A DNA stretch of 64,000 bases from Candidatus Palauibacter sp. Its GTDB lineage: Bacteria; Gemmatimonadota; Gemmatimonadetes; Palauibacterales; Palauibacteraceae. The position numbers were made by a program, and so were the translations under genes. The stretch spans positions 515,918 through 579,917 of the forward strand of contig NZ_OZ250143.1 of NCBI RefSeq assembly GCF_965237495.1. The letters run 5' to 3'. Position 1 is the stretch's first letter. Each line of letters starts with the position of its first letter. Of this stretch, positions 38,103 through 48,553 are shown in pieces. The notes below the pieces were generated by a model. It did not search any database. It was not told the DNA's origin and saw only the letters and a program-made list of their open reading frames with translations.

Positions 38103-39472
38103 CAGTCCGCGCCGACCCACACCGTCTTCACGTTGACGAACTCGCGGATCGCGTGGGGGCCGAGTTCGCGCCCGTATCCGGAGCGCTTCACGCCTCCGAA
38201 GGGGACGCGGGGGTCCGAGGCGGACATGCCGTTGATAAAGACGGCGCCGGCCTCCAGTTCCCGCACGGCGCGCGCCCGCTCGTCGGGATCGTTCGTCCAG
38301 ATCGCGGAACAGAGGCCGAACTCCGTCGCGTTGGCGCGCTCGATGGCCTCGTCCAGATCCTCGACGGGGAAGACGCTCGCGACCGGTCCGAAGATCTCGT
38401 CATCGGTGGCCGGGGAGCCGTCCGGCACATCCACGAGGACGGTCGGATCGTAGAACCACCCGCGGCGCTCCGGTACGCCGCCGCCCGCGGCGACCCGGGC
38501 GCCCGCCGCCACCGTGGCCTCCACCTGGCGCGCGACCTTGTCCCGCAGGTCCCGCCGCGCGAGCGGTCCGATCGCGACCTCGGGGTCCCGGGGGTCGCCG
38601 ACCTTGAGCGCCGAGACGCGCTCGATCAGGCGCGCCGCGAACTCGTCGGCGATCGAACGCTGGACGAGCATCCGTTTGGCGGCGATGCAGGACTGGCCGT
38701 TGTTCCACATGCGAGCGTCGACCGCGGTGGCGACGGCCCGCTCGAGGTCGGCGCTCTCCATGACGATGAAGGGATCACTGCCGCCGAGTTCGAGCACGGT
38801 CGTCTTGATGCGGCGGCCCGCCTCGGCCGCGAGCGACGAGCCGGCGGCGACGGAGCCGGTGAGGGAGGCTGCCTGGACGATGGGGTCGTCGAGCAGGCGC
38901 GGGATGTCCTCGATCTCGGCGAAGAGGTTCTGGAACACGCCCTCGGGGAAGCCGGCGCGCGCGAACAGGCCCTCGAGGGCGATGGCGCACTGCGGGACGT
39001 TCGGCGAATGCTTGAGCAGGAAGACGTTGCCCGCCATCAGCGTCGGGACCGCGGAGCGCATCGCCTGCCAGAAGGGGAAGTTCCAGGGCATGATCCCGAG
39101 GACGGCTCCCAGGGGGTGGTACTCGACCCAGCAGCTCGTGCCGGTGGACTCGAAGGGTTCGGATTCGAGTTGGGCGGGGCCGTGCTCCGCGTAGTAGCGG
39201 CACACCCAGGCGCACTTTTCCGCTTCGGCTACCGCGCTGGCGAGCGGCTTCCCCATCTCGCGGGTCATGAGGAGGCCGTACGCGTCCTGCCCGCGCTCGA
39301 CGAGATCCGCGAGGGCGAGCAGCCGCCGCGCCCGCTCGTCCAGCGACACCCGCTTCCACGCGTCGAAGCCGCGCCGGGCCCGGTCGAGAGCCGCATCGAT
39401 CCCGGCCGCGTCGAGGGCCGGGAACGAGGCAAGCTGTTCCTCTGTCGCAGGATCTATACTCTCGAAGGGCAT
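38102..39472 (-). CDS. NAD(P)-dependent succinate-semialdehyde dehydrogenase (aldehyde dehydrogenase family)
   Basis: ALDH glutamate and cysteine active-site motifs, LELGGSDP and NNGQSCIAAKR. Confidence 0.85.
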   Translation of the reverse strand: MPFESIDPATEEQLASFPALDAAGIDAALDRARRGFDAWKRVSLDERARRLLALADLVERGQDAYGLLMTREMGKPLASAVAEAEKCAWVCRYYAEHGPAQLESEPFESTGTSCWVEYHPLGAVLGIMPWNFPFWQAMRSAVPTLMAGNVFLLKHSPNVPQCAIALEGLFARAGFPEGVFQNLFAEIEDIPRLLDDPIVQAASLTGSVAAGSSLAAEAGRRIKTTVLELGGSDPFIVMESADLERAVATAVDARMWNNGQSCIAAKRMLVQRSIADEFAARLIERVSALKVGDPRDPEVAIGPLARRDLRDKVARQVEATVAAGARVAAGGGVPERRGWFYDPTVLVDVPDGSPATDDEIFGPVASVFPVEDLDEAIERANATEFGLCSAIWTNDPDERARAVRELEAGAVFINGMSASDPRVPFGGVKRSGYGRELGPHAIREFVNVKTVWVGAD

Positions 39473-39567
39473 CTCATCCTCCCTCGCGGAACGTTACCAT
39501 GGGGCGCATCGTCCGGTTTCCGTGCGCCAGTCGCAAGCCCCGGCCGACCTCCGCGCAGGAGCGCCCC

Positions 39568-40371
39568 GTGACCGAAGCCGAAATCGCCCGCGCGCTCCTC
39601 TCCGCCCGCGACGGGCGCCACGCGACGACGCCGCCGACCCGGCACGGCGCCGGGTTCGGCCTCGACGAGGCGTATCGGGTCGGCGCGGCGCTCGACCGTC
39701 GCCTCCGCGAGCGCGGATACCGGCGGGCGGGCTGCAAGGTGGGCTTCACGAACAAGGCGATCTGGTCCCGGTTCGGGATGGAGGAGCCCATCGTGGCCCC
39801 CGTCTACGACCGGACCATCCACGCCGCGGCGCCAACCGCCCGGGTATCGCTCGCCGCCTTCTGCGCACCGCGCATCGAGGTGGAGGTCGTCTTCGGGGTC
39901 GATCCGGACGGCGGGATTGCGGGGGCCGAGGGACCGGCCCGGCCGGCCTGGGTCGCGCTCGGGTTCGAGATCGTCGACTGCCACTATCCCGACTGGCACC
40001 TCACGCCCGCGGACTCGGTGGCGGATTTCGGACTGCACGGGGCGCTCGTCATCGGCCCCCGCATCGAACGGGCGGCGCCGCGCTTCGAGGAGCAGGTCGC
40101 CCGCCTCGACCGGCTCGAGGTCTCGCTCCTGCGGGACGAACGTCCGTCGGCCCGGGGGCGAGGGCGCGACGTGCTCGGCCACCCGCTCGCGGCGCTGGAC
40201 TTCGTTCCCCGGCTCCTGCCGCGCTTCGATGGCGCCGGGATGCCCGCTTCGGGCGGCGTCGTGAGCACGGGGACGATGACCGCGCTCGAACCGCTCGCCG
40301 CGGGGGAGCGCTGGCGGGTCGAGGCGTGCGGCGTGGACCTCCCCGGCCTCGAGCTCGTCCTGACCGACTGA
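39568..40371 (+). CDS. 2-keto-4-pentenoate hydratase / 4-oxalocrotonate decarboxylase (MhpD) family protein
   Basis: GCKVGFTNKAIWSRFG and later motifs of the hydratase-decarboxylase family. GTG 39568 is the preferred start; ATG 39499 is the alternative. Confidence 0.6.
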   Translation: MTEAEIARALLSARDGRHATTPPTRHGAGFGLDEAYRVGAALDRRLRERGYRRAGCKVGFTNKAIWSRFGMEEPIVAPVYDRTIHAAAPTARVSLAAFCAPRIEVEVVFGVDPDGGIAGAEGPARPAWVALGFEIVDCHYPDWHLTPADSVADFGLHGALVIGPRIERAAPRFEEQVARLDRLEVSLLRDERPSARGRGRDVLGHPLAALDFVPRLLPRFDGAGMPASGGVVSTGTMTALEPLAAGERWRVEACGVDLPGLELVLTD

Positions 40372-40434
40372 GCGGCCTTGCCCGGCCCCTCACGACAGGG
40401 GAACATAGCAGCGCCATGTGACCCAGGAGCTTGC

Positions 40435-42012
40435 ATGCCAGAGTCCACGCCGACAGAGGCCGGCCCGGTCCGCTGGGCGAAGGTCATCGATCAGACGCGC
40501 TGTATCGGCTGTCACGCCTGCACGACGGCGTGCAAGTCCGAGAACGAGGTGCCGCTCGGCGTCACGCGCACGTACGTGAAATACGCCGACGTCGGGACGT
40601 TTCCCGCCACCCGGCGCGCGTACCAGGTCACGCGCTGCAACCAGTGCGACGATGCGCCGTGTACGACGGCGTGCCCCACGCAGGCCATGTTCCGGCGCCC
40701 CGACGGGATCGTCGACTTCGACAAGTCGATCTGCATCGGCTGCAAGGCCTGCATCGCCGCCTGCCCCTACGACGCCATCTTCATCAACCCGGAGGACCAC
40801 TCGGCGGAGAAGTGCAACTTCTGCGCGCACCGCATCGACATGGGGCTGGAGCCGGCCTGCGTCACCGTGTGCCCGACCGAGGCGATCATCGTCGGCGACC
40901 TCGACGACCCCGAGTCGAAGGTGTCGCAGTACGTGGGACGCGATCCGGTGAGCGTCCGGCGGCCCGAGAAGGAGACGCACCCGAAGCTGTTCTACAAGGG
41001 GGCGCACCAGGCGACGCTCGATCCGCTGGCCGCCATGCGGCCGGACGGCGGATTGTACATGTGGAGTGAACAGCCCCGTGGTCCGCACGAGATCGGGTCG
41101 GGCCAGCCGTACCCGATGGAGGCGGACGGCCGCCACGGTCCCAATTCCTCGGCCGCGGCCATCCTCTCGTACGATGTGTCGCACACCGTGCCCTGGGACT
41201 GGCGCGTGAGCCTGTACACGCTCACCAAGGGGGTCTCGGCCGGCGTGTACCTCGCGGCGCTGCTCCTTTGCCTGCTCGGCGGCCTCGCCTGGCAGGGCGC
41301 GGAATGGCTCAGGCTCACGCCTCTCCTGGGGCTGTTCGCGCTCGCCGTCACGGGCGGGCTCCTGATCTGGGATCTCGAGCACCCCGAGCGCTTTCTCATG
41401 ATCTTCACGCGGCCCCACATGAAGAGCTGGCTCGTCCGGGGGGCGTTCGTGATCGCGGGCTACGGGCTGGCCCTCACCGCGCACCTCGCGGCGGGGCTGA
41501 TCGGCGGCGATGGAGGGGTGGCGGCGACCCGCTGGCTGGCGTGGGCGGGGGCGCCCCTGGCGGCCATGACCGCGGTCTATACGGCCTACCTCTTCGCGCA
41601 GGCCAAGGCGCGCGATCTGTGGCAGAATCCGCTCCTGCCGCCGCACTTCCTCGTACAGGCCGTGCTGGCCGGCGGCGCGGCCCTGATGCTCGTCCCGTCG
41701 CTCGGCGGGTCCGCCGCGCTGGGCCGGCTGGTCGGGCTGTCCGCCGCCGCGCACCTCCTGCTCCTGCTCTCCGAACTTACGCTCACGCACGCGACGGCCC
41801 ACGCCGCCCTCGCCGCCCGGAACATGGTGCGCGGCCGCTACGCCCCCTGGTTCTGGAGCGGCGCCCTGCTCGTGGCGCTGGCCGCCGCCCTGACGGTGAT
41901 CCCCCTCGGCGGCGCCTGGGTGGCGCCGGCCGCCGGCATCGCCGCCCTCGCGGGCCTGCTCGCGCACGAGCACGCCTACGTTCAGGCCGGCCAGTCCGTG
42001 CCCCTCGCATGA
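40435..42012 (+). CDS. Fused 4Fe-4S ferredoxin-type subunit and NrfD/PsrC-like membrane anchor of a molybdopterin oxidoreductase
   Basis: Four Cys clusters (CIGCHACTTAC, CNQCDDAPCTTAC, CIGCKACIAAC, CNFCAHR...CVTVCP), then ~8 TM helices in the same polypeptide. Confidence 0.8.
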   Translation: MPESTPTEAGPVRWAKVIDQTRCIGCHACTTACKSENEVPLGVTRTYVKYADVGTFPATRRAYQVTRCNQCDDAPCTTACPTQAMFRRPDGIVDFDKSICIGCKACIAACPYDAIFINPEDHSAEKCNFCAHRIDMGLEPACVTVCPTEAIIVGDLDDPESKVSQYVGRDPVSVRRPEKETHPKLFYKGAHQATLDPLAAMRPDGGLYMWSEQPRGPHEIGSGQPYPMEADGRHGPNSSAAAILSYDVSHTVPWDWRVSLYTLTKGVSAGVYLAALLLCLLGGLAWQGAEWLRLTPLLGLFALAVTGGLLIWDLEHPERFLMIFTRPHMKSWLVRGAFVIAGYGLALTAHLAAGLIGGDGGVAATRWLAWAGAPLAAMTAVYTAYLFAQAKARDLWQNPLLPPHFLVQAVLAGGAALMLVPSLGGSAALGRLVGLSAAAHLLLLLSELTLTHATAHAALAARNMVRGRYAPWFWSGALLVALAAALTVIPLGGAWVAPAAGIAALAGLLAHEHAYVQAGQSVPLA

Positions 42013-45000
42013 GCACCTCCCGCGGCCCCGGTCCCGACGGCTCCGGCGCCGGGCCGAACGGGGCCGGCCCCGACGGCGTCTCGCGCCGACTCGACGAACT
42101 CAACGAGCGGGTGAGCGCGGCGCGACACGAGACCGAGCGCCGCGGCGAGACCTTCTATCCCGGTCCCAGCCGCACGCACCTCGCCGCCTTCCCGCCCCGC
42201 GAACGGTGGGACGACTGGGTCGAACTCGACTCGAAGGCATGGCCGAAGCGGCGCGAGCGGCGCTACATGCTCGTGCCGACGACGTGCTTCAACTGCGAGT
42301 CGGCGTGCGGACTCCTCGCCTACGTCGATCGCGACACGCTCCAGGTGCGGAAGTTCGAGGGGAACCCCGAGCACCCCGGCTCCCGGGGCCGGAACTGCGC
42401 CAAGGGCCCGGCCACGCTGAACCAGATCGTCGACCCCGACCGTGTCCTCTACCCCCTCAAGCGGGCCGGCGCGCGCGGCGAAGGAAAGTGGGTGCGGGTC
42501 TCGTGGGAGGAAGCCCTCACCGACATCGCGAACCGCATCCGCACGGCCCTCGACGAGGGACGTCATCGCGAGATCATGTACCACGTGGGACGACCGGGCG
42601 AGGACGGGTTCACCGAACGCCTGCTCGCCGCGTGGGGCATCGACGGGCACAACTCGCACACGAACATCTGCTCCTCGAGCGCCCGCGCCGGCTACCAGTT
42701 CTGGCTCGGCATGGACCGCCCCAGCCCCGACCACGCCCGCGCCGACGTCATCCTCCTGGTGAGTGCCCATCTCGAGGCCGGCCACTACTTCAACCCCCAC
42801 GCCCAGCGCATCATGGACGGGATCAAGAAGGGCGCGCGCCTCATCGTGTTCGATACGCGTCTGTCGAACACCGCCACGCACGCCGACCACTGGCTCCCCA
42901 CGCAGCCCGGCTCCGAGGCGGCCGTCCTGCTCGCGATCGCGAACCACTTGATCACGACAGGGGCCTGGGACCGGGAATTCGTCCGCCGCTGGTTCAACTG
43001 GGAGGAGTACCTGGCGGCCGAGAAACCGGAGCTGCCGCGGACGTTCGAATCGTTCGAGAGCGCGCTGCGCGAACTCTACGAGGACTGCACCTTCGAGTGG
43101 GCCGCTGAGGAATCGGGGATCGACGCCGCTCAACTGCGCGAAGTGGCGGAAATCGTGGCCCGGGCGGGTTCGCGGCTGTCCACCCACACCTGGCGTAGCG
43201 CCGCCTCGGGCAACGAAGGCGGCTGGCAGGTGGCCCGGACCCTCTTCTTCCTGAACGCCCTCACCGGATCCGTGGCGACGCCGGGCGGGACCTATCCGAG
43301 CACGTGGAACAAGTTCATCCCGAAACCGATCCGGATGCCCCGTCACCCGGAACACTGGAACGAACTCACGTGGCCCGAGGAGTATCCGCTCTCGATGTAC
43401 GAGGTCTCCTTCCTCCTCCCACATTTCCTCAAGGAGGGCCGGGGGAAGCTCGACGTGTACTTCACGCGCGTCTACAACCCGGTGTGGACGAACCCGGACG
43501 GATTCTCCTGGATCGAAGCCCTCACGGACGAGACGAAGGTCGGTCTCCACGTCGCCCTCACACCGACCTGGAACGAGTCGGCCTACTTCGCGGACTACGT
43601 CCTCCCCATGGGCCACGGCCCCGAGCGCCACGACCTGCACTCCTACGAGACCCACGACGGCCAGTGGATCGCCTTCCGGCAGCCCGTCCTCCGTTCCGCG
43701 CGGCAGCGTCTCGGCGAGCAGGTGGCGGACACCCGCCACACCAACCCCGGGGAGGTCTGGGAGGAGAACGAGTTCTGGCTCGAACTCTCGTGGCGCATAG
43801 ACCCGGACGGGAGCCGCGGCATTCGCGAGTTCGTGGAGTCGAAGGAAACCCCCGGCCAGCGGCTCACCGTGGACGAATACTACGGCTGGATATTCGACCA
43901 CTCCGTCCCCGGTCTCCCGGAGGCGGCGGAGGCCGAGGGGCTCTCGCCACTGGAGTACATGCGACGCTTCGGCGCCTTCGAGGTGGCGCGCGATATCGGC
44001 CCCCTGTACGAGGAACAGGTATTGCCTGAGGAATTCCTGGACCCTCGGGAAGACGAGTTCGGCCGCATCTATACGCGCGCCCCGAGTCCCGCAGCGGTCA
44101 ATCTGGCGCCGATGGGCGTCCCCGACGACGACCCGGAGGGACGCCGCCCGGTGGGCGTGCGCGTGCCCGATGGCTCCATCCGCCGCGGCTTCCCGACCCC
44201 GAGCGGGAAGCTCGAGTTCTACTCGCCCACCCTCGTGCGCTGGGGCTGGCCCGAGTACGCGGTCCCCGCCTACATCCGGAGCCACGTGCATCCGGCCGAG
44301 ATGGCGCCGGACCAGATGTGCCTCATCTCCACCTTCCGGCTCCCGGTGCAGATTCACACCCGTTCGGCCAACAGCAAGTGGCTGGATGAGATCGCGCACA
44401 CGAACCCGCTCTGGCTCCACCGCACGGACGCGGCGCGGATGGGGGTGAGGACGGGGGACCTCGTGCGGGTCGAGACGGAGATCGGCCACTTCGTCCTCAA
44501 GGCGTGGGTCACGGAGGGGATCAAGCCGGGCGTCGTCGCGTGCAGCCACCACATGGGACGCTGGAAGCTGGCGGACGGTGCCGGGACGAAAGAGCCGGGG
44601 CGGGCCGGGCGCGGCGAGCGCGAGGGCGTCCTCGGCCAGCGGCAACTCATGGCGACCGTTGCGATGGATGAGGACTCGGCGGGCGGCTGGAACCTGTCGC
44701 GGAAGCGGGGCGCGGGGCCGTACAAGACCGACGACCCGGACACCTCGCGCATCTGGTGGACGGACGTGGGGGTGCACCAGAATCTCACCTTTCCCGTCCA
44801 TCCCGACCCGGTGTCCGGGATGCACTGCTGGCACCAGGCGGTTCGCGTCGTGAAGGCGTCCCGCCGCGACCGTCACGGCGACATCCACGTCGACACGGCG
44901 AAGGCCCACGACGTGTACCGGAACTGGCTGAAGAAGACCCGGGGCGCCCGGCGGCATTCGCCGGACGGAACCCGGCGACCCCACTGGCTGATCCGCCCCC

Positions 45001-45044
45001 TCCGCCCCGTGCGCGACGCGTACGACCTGCCCGACCAGGCGTAG
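42009..45044 (+). CDS. Molybdopterin oxidoreductase catalytic subunit (Psr/Phs/Soe-like); no obvious Tat signal
   Basis: N-terminal CFNCESACGL FeS cluster and molybdopterin-binding domains. 1011 aa. ATGA overlap with the upstream gene. No twin-arginine plus hydrophobic region at the N-terminus. Confidence 0.85.
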   Translation: MSTSRGPGPDGSGAGPNGAGPDGVSRRLDELNERVSAARHETERRGETFYPGPSRTHLAAFPPRERWDDWVELDSKAWPKRRERRYMLVPTTCFNCESACGLLAYVDRDTLQVRKFEGNPEHPGSRGRNCAKGPATLNQIVDPDRVLYPLKRAGARGEGKWVRVSWEEALTDIANRIRTALDEGRHREIMYHVGRPGEDGFTERLLAAWGIDGHNSHTNICSSSARAGYQFWLGMDRPSPDHARADVILLVSAHLEAGHYFNPHAQRIMDGIKKGARLIVFDTRLSNTATHADHWLPTQPGSEAAVLLAIANHLITTGAWDREFVRRWFNWEEYLAAEKPELPRTFESFESALRELYEDCTFEWAAEESGIDAAQLREVAEIVARAGSRLSTHTWRSAASGNEGGWQVARTLFFLNALTGSVATPGGTYPSTWNKFIPKPIRMPRHPEHWNELTWPEEYPLSMYEVSFLLPHFLKEGRGKLDVYFTRVYNPVWTNPDGFSWIEALTDETKVGLHVALTPTWNESAYFADYVLPMGHGPERHDLHSYETHDGQWIAFRQPVLRSARQRLGEQVADTRHTNPGEVWEENEFWLELSWRIDPDGSRGIREFVESKETPGQRLTVDEYYGWIFDHSVPGLPEAAEAEGLSPLEYMRRFGAFEVARDIGPLYEEQVLPEEFLDPREDEFGRIYTRAPSPAAVNLAPMGVPDDDPEGRRPVGVRVPDGSIRRGFPTPSGKLEFYSPTLVRWGWPEYAVPAYIRSHVHPAEMAPDQMCLISTFRLPVQIHTRSANSKWLDEIAHTNPLWLHRTDAARMGVRTGDLVRVETEIGHFVLKAWVTEGIKPGVVACSHHMGRWKLADGAGTKEPGRAGRGEREGVLGQRQLMATVAMDEDSAGGWNLSRKRGAGPYKTDDPDTSRIWWTDVGVHQNLTFPVHPDPVSGMHCWHQAVRVVKASRRDRHGDIHVDTAKAHDVYRNWLKKTRGARRHSPDGTRRPHWLIRPLRPVRDAYDLPDQA

Positions 45045-45052
45045 ACCCGGCG

Positions 45053-45937
45053 ATGGAACTGTTCCGCGCGCTCGGCGCCCTGCTCGACGCTCCCTGTTCG
45101 GAGAACCGGCTCCTCGGCCACCTCCTCGAACTCGGTCCGGTGCCGGACGAACCGACGCACAACGACCTCTTTCTGTTCCAGCTCTACCCCTACGCCTCGG
45201 CCTTTCTGGGGGACGACGGCCGCCTGGGCGGGGAGGCGCAGGATCGGGTGGCCGGCTTCTGGCGCGCGCTCGGGGCCGATCCGCCCGCCGACCCCGACCA
45301 TCTGGGGGCGCTGCTGGGAGGCTACTCCCGACTCGTCGAGGCCCAACTCGGAGCGAGCGGGAAGGCCGCCGCGGCCTGGCGCGACGCGCGGCACGCCTTC
45401 CTGTGGGAGCACCTGCTGTCGTGGGTCCTGCCCTTCCTCACCAAGCTGCGGCAGATCGCGCCTCCGTTCTACCGGAGCTGGGCCGACACGCTCGAGACGG
45501 TCCTCTCCCGGGAGTCCGCGCTCCTCGGTCCGCCCACGCGGCGGCCGCTCGCCCTCCGCGAGGCGAGCCCCGTGCCCGACCCGCGGAGCGCGGAGGCCGA
45601 CCGCTTCCTCTTGGCGCTGCTGAGTCCGGCGCGCAGCGGACTCGTCCTCACCCGCGCCGACCTCGCGCGGGCGGCGCGCGGCCTGGGTCTCGGACTCCGC
45701 GTGGGCGAGCGCGCCTACATCCTCCGGTCCATGCTGGCGCAGGGCCCCCGGGCGACCCTCGGCTGGCTCGCACGGGAGGCGCGGGAGTGGGCGCGTCTCC
45801 ACGATCGCACGGGGAGCACGGCGCCGGAGGTGGCCGATTTCTGGACCCACCGCGCGACCGCGACGAGTCGTCTCCTCACCGATCTCGCGGCAGACATCCC
45901 GGACATGCCCGATGTCACGGATACCGCATGTGACTGA
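45053..45937 (+). CDS. TorD/DmsD-like molybdoenzyme maturation chaperone
   Basis: The assignment rests on position (immediately after the catalytic subunit), size and helical composition. Sequence-level support is weak. Confidence 0.45.
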   Translation: MELFRALGALLDAPCSENRLLGHLLELGPVPDEPTHNDLFLFQLYPYASAFLGDDGRLGGEAQDRVAGFWRALGADPPADPDHLGALLGGYSRLVEAQLGASGKAAAAWRDARHAFLWEHLLSWVLPFLTKLRQIAPPFYRSWADTLETVLSRESALLGPPTRRPLALREASPVPDPRSAEADRFLLALLSPARSGLVLTRADLARAARGLGLGLRVGERAYILRSMLAQGPRATLGWLAREAREWARLHDRTGSTAPEVADFWTHRATATSRLLTDLAADIPDMPDVTDTACD

Positions 45938-47138
45938 GCCCGCCGCGAAGCCGCCCCTCGATGCGGCGCGCTTCCGCGCCATCTTCCTGCTCCTGCTCGT
46001 CGTCGGCATCAGTCTCCTGTTCCTGGAGACGATCCGGACCTTCCTGACGGCGCTCTTCCTGGGGGCGATTCTCAGCGGCCTCCTCTATCCGGCCTACCGG
46101 ACGCTGTGCCGGTGGTTCGGAGGCAGAGAGGGCCTGGCCTCCGCCGCCGCACTAGGTGTGTTCGTCATCATCCTCCTCGGTCCGATCGCGACCTTCCTCG
46201 GCATCGTCACGAACCAGGCGGTGCACGTCTCGCAGTCGGCGGGCCCCTGGATCGAGGACATGCAGACCCGGCTCGCCGAGCCCGGAGGGTTCGATGAGCT
46301 CCTCGACCGCGTCCCCTTCGTCGAGTCACTGCGGCCGTACCGGGAGCAGCTCGTCCAGAAGCTGGGCGAGGTCGCGGCCACCGCGGGCGGCTTCGTGGTC
46401 GCGAGGCTCACCGATATTACGAAGGAGATCGCGCGGCTCGTCTTCCTGCTCTTCGTGATGCTGTACGCCATGTTCTACTTCCTCAAGGACGGACGCGGCG
46501 TGCTGCGCAAGGTCCTCTATTACCTCCCCCTGTCCGACGAAGACGAGAAGCGGATGCTCGACCGGTTCGTCTCCGTGACGCGGGCGATGGTCAAGGGGAC
46601 CTTCCTCATCGGGATCGTGCAGGGCAGCCTCGCCGGCCTCGCCTTCTGGGTCGTGGGGATCCCGTCGGCGGCGTTCTGGGGCACGGTCATGGCGGTGCTG
46701 TCGATCGTGCCCGGCATCGGGTCCGGGCTCGTGTGGCTGCCGGCGGCGATCTACCTGCTCGCCATCGACCGGATCGGGGCCGGGATTGGGCTGCTGCTCT
46801 GGTGCGGCCTCGTGGTGGGGATGCTCGACAACCTCATGCGCCCCTGGCTCGTGGGACGCGACACCCGCATGCCCGACCTCATGATCCTCCTCGGCACGCT
46901 CGGCGGGCTGTTCGCGTTCGGGATGGCCGGCGTGCTCATCGGCCCCATCGTGGCGGCGCTCTTCATCACGGTGTGGGAGCTGTACGGCGAGTCCTTCCGC
47001 GACATCCTGCCCGCGACGGCGTTCGGCGGCTCGGCGGGCTCGCAACCCGAACCCGCGGAGGATGCGCCCGAACCCGCCGCGGACGTGGCCGCCGTAGACG
47101 CGCCGGTCGCCCCCGAGACGGCCCCGCCGGAGGATTAG
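45912..47138 (+). CDS. AI-2E family transporter (PerM/UPF0118)
   Basis: Eight TM segments with conserved AI-2E motifs. Confidence 0.8.
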   Translation: MSRIPHVTEPAAKPPLDAARFRAIFLLLLVVGISLLFLETIRTFLTALFLGAILSGLLYPAYRTLCRWFGGREGLASAAALGVFVIILLGPIATFLGIVTNQAVHVSQSAGPWIEDMQTRLAEPGGFDELLDRVPFVESLRPYREQLVQKLGEVAATAGGFVVARLTDITKEIARLVFLLFVMLYAMFYFLKDGRGVLRKVLYYLPLSDEDEKRMLDRFVSVTRAMVKGTFLIGIVQGSLAGLAFWVVGIPSAAFWGTVMAVLSIVPGIGSGLVWLPAAIYLLAIDRIGAGIGLLLWCGLVVGMLDNLMRPWLVGRDTRMPDLMILLGTLGGLFAFGMAGVLIGPIVAALFITVWELYGESFRDILPATAFGGSAGSQPEPAEDAPEPAADVAAVDAPVAPETAPPED

Positions 47139-47169
47139 CCCCATCGACCGCCCCGCGTCGAGAGTTGGC

Positions 47170-48549
47170 GTGCTGGACCGGCTGCGGGACGGCGGCGCGG
47201 CGCTCTCCCGCTTCACGGAGCGCTGGACGCCGGACGCGTGGGTGATCCTCATGTCGCTGACCGTGGTCGCGCTCATCCTCGCGGTCACGGGAGGGGGCGC
47301 CACGATCCCGGAGGCGGGGCTCGCCTGGGGCGCGGGCGTGTGGACGCTGCTCGAACTCGCGATGCAGTTCTCCATCGCCATGGTAGCCGCCCACGCGTGC
47401 GCCTCGTCGCCCCCGATGTACCGGCTGCTCGATCGCCTGGCGCGCTGCCCGAACCCCGAGCGTCCCGTCCAGGCCGTCGCCCTCGCCGCCGGGTTCTCCA
47501 TGGTGGCCGGGTATCTCAACTGGGCGTTCGGGCTCGTCGGTTCCGCGCTCTTCGTCCCGTTCATCCTCAAGCGCAACCCGCGCGCCGACGTGCGCCTCGT
47601 CATCGCCGCGGCCTACATGGGCATCGGGACCGTGTGGCAGAGCGGCCTCTCCAGCTCCGCCCCGCTCATCCTCGCCACCCCCGGCAACCCCCTGCTCGAG
47701 CCCGGGGCCGGCGCCCCCATCGTGGACCGTCTCTATCCCGTCACCGAGACCCTTTTCAACCCGTTCAACCTCGGGTACGCCGTCGTCATGCTGCTCGTCG
47801 GGCTCGTGGCCGCCATGGCGCTCCACCCCCACCGCGACGTCGTCACCCTCACCGAGGCGGAGGTCGACGAAATCCTCCCCGCGCCCACGCCACGCCTTGA
47901 GGCCGCGACCACGCCCGCCGAGCGGCTCGACCGCTTCCGCGGCTGGTCGCTCCTCGCCGCGATCCTGTTGGCCTATCCGCTCGTGTACTCGATCGTCACG
48001 CGGGGCTTCGGGGCGAGCTGGACGATCAACGCGTACAACACCGTGTTTCTCGTCCTCGCGCTCGTGCTGCACGGCCGTCCCACCTCGTTCCTGCGCGCCT
48101 GCCGCGACGGGGTGGGCGCCGCGTCGGGGATCATCCTGCAGTTCCCGTTCTACGCCGGCATCTTCGGCCTCATCCAGAACACGAACCTCGGAGGCTGGCT
48201 CGGCGAGCAGTTCGCCGCCGTCGCCACGACCCGGCTCTATCCGCTCGTCGTCTACTTCTATTCGGGACTCATGAGCCTGTTCATCCCCTCGGCCGGCTCC
48301 AAGTGGATGATCGAGGCGCCGTACGTCGTCCCCGCCGGCGAGGCGCTCGACGTCTCCGTCATGACGACCCTGCTCGCGTACGCGTACGGGGACTCGGCCT
48401 TCAACCTCATCCATCCGTTCTGGGCGCTCCCGATCCTCGCCGTGACGCGCCGCCGCTTCGGGGAGGTACTCGGGTATGCCTTCCTCATCTGGCTCGCGAC
48501 GGTCCTCCTCGGCATCGGGACGATGCTCGTCATCCCCACCACCTGGTGA
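47170..48549 (+). CDS. Short-chain fatty acid transporter (AtoE family)
   Basis: 459 aa polytopic membrane protein. Conserved AtoE blocks such as NPFNLGY and FNLIHPFWALPIL. Confidence 0.7.
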   Translation: MLDRLRDGGAALSRFTERWTPDAWVILMSLTVVALILAVTGGGATIPEAGLAWGAGVWTLLELAMQFSIAMVAAHACASSPPMYRLLDRLARCPNPERPVQAVALAAGFSMVAGYLNWAFGLVGSALFVPFILKRNPRADVRLVIAAAYMGIGTVWQSGLSSSAPLILATPGNPLLEPGAGAPIVDRLYPVTETLFNPFNLGYAVVMLLVGLVAAMALHPHRDVVTLTEAEVDEILPAPTPRLEAATTPAERLDRFRGWSLLAAILLAYPLVYSIVTRGFGASWTINAYNTVFLVLALVLHGRPTSFLRACRDGVGAASGIILQFPFYAGIFGLIQNTNLGGWLGEQFAAVATTRLYPLVVYFYSGLMSLFIPSAGSKWMIEAPYVVPAGEALDVSVMTTLLAYAYGDSAFNLIHPFWALPILAVTRRRFGEVLGYAFLIWLATVLLGIGTMLVIPTTW

Positions 48550-48553
48550 CGCC

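Noticed and set aside
41982-44984. 1000-aa minus-strand ORF and 41268-45044 upstream extension
   Set aside because: The minus ORF is antisense to the molybdopterin catalytic subunit. The plus-strand extension before 42009 overlaps the fused FeS-membrane gene in another frame. The true start is the ATG at 42009, overlapping the upstream stop.
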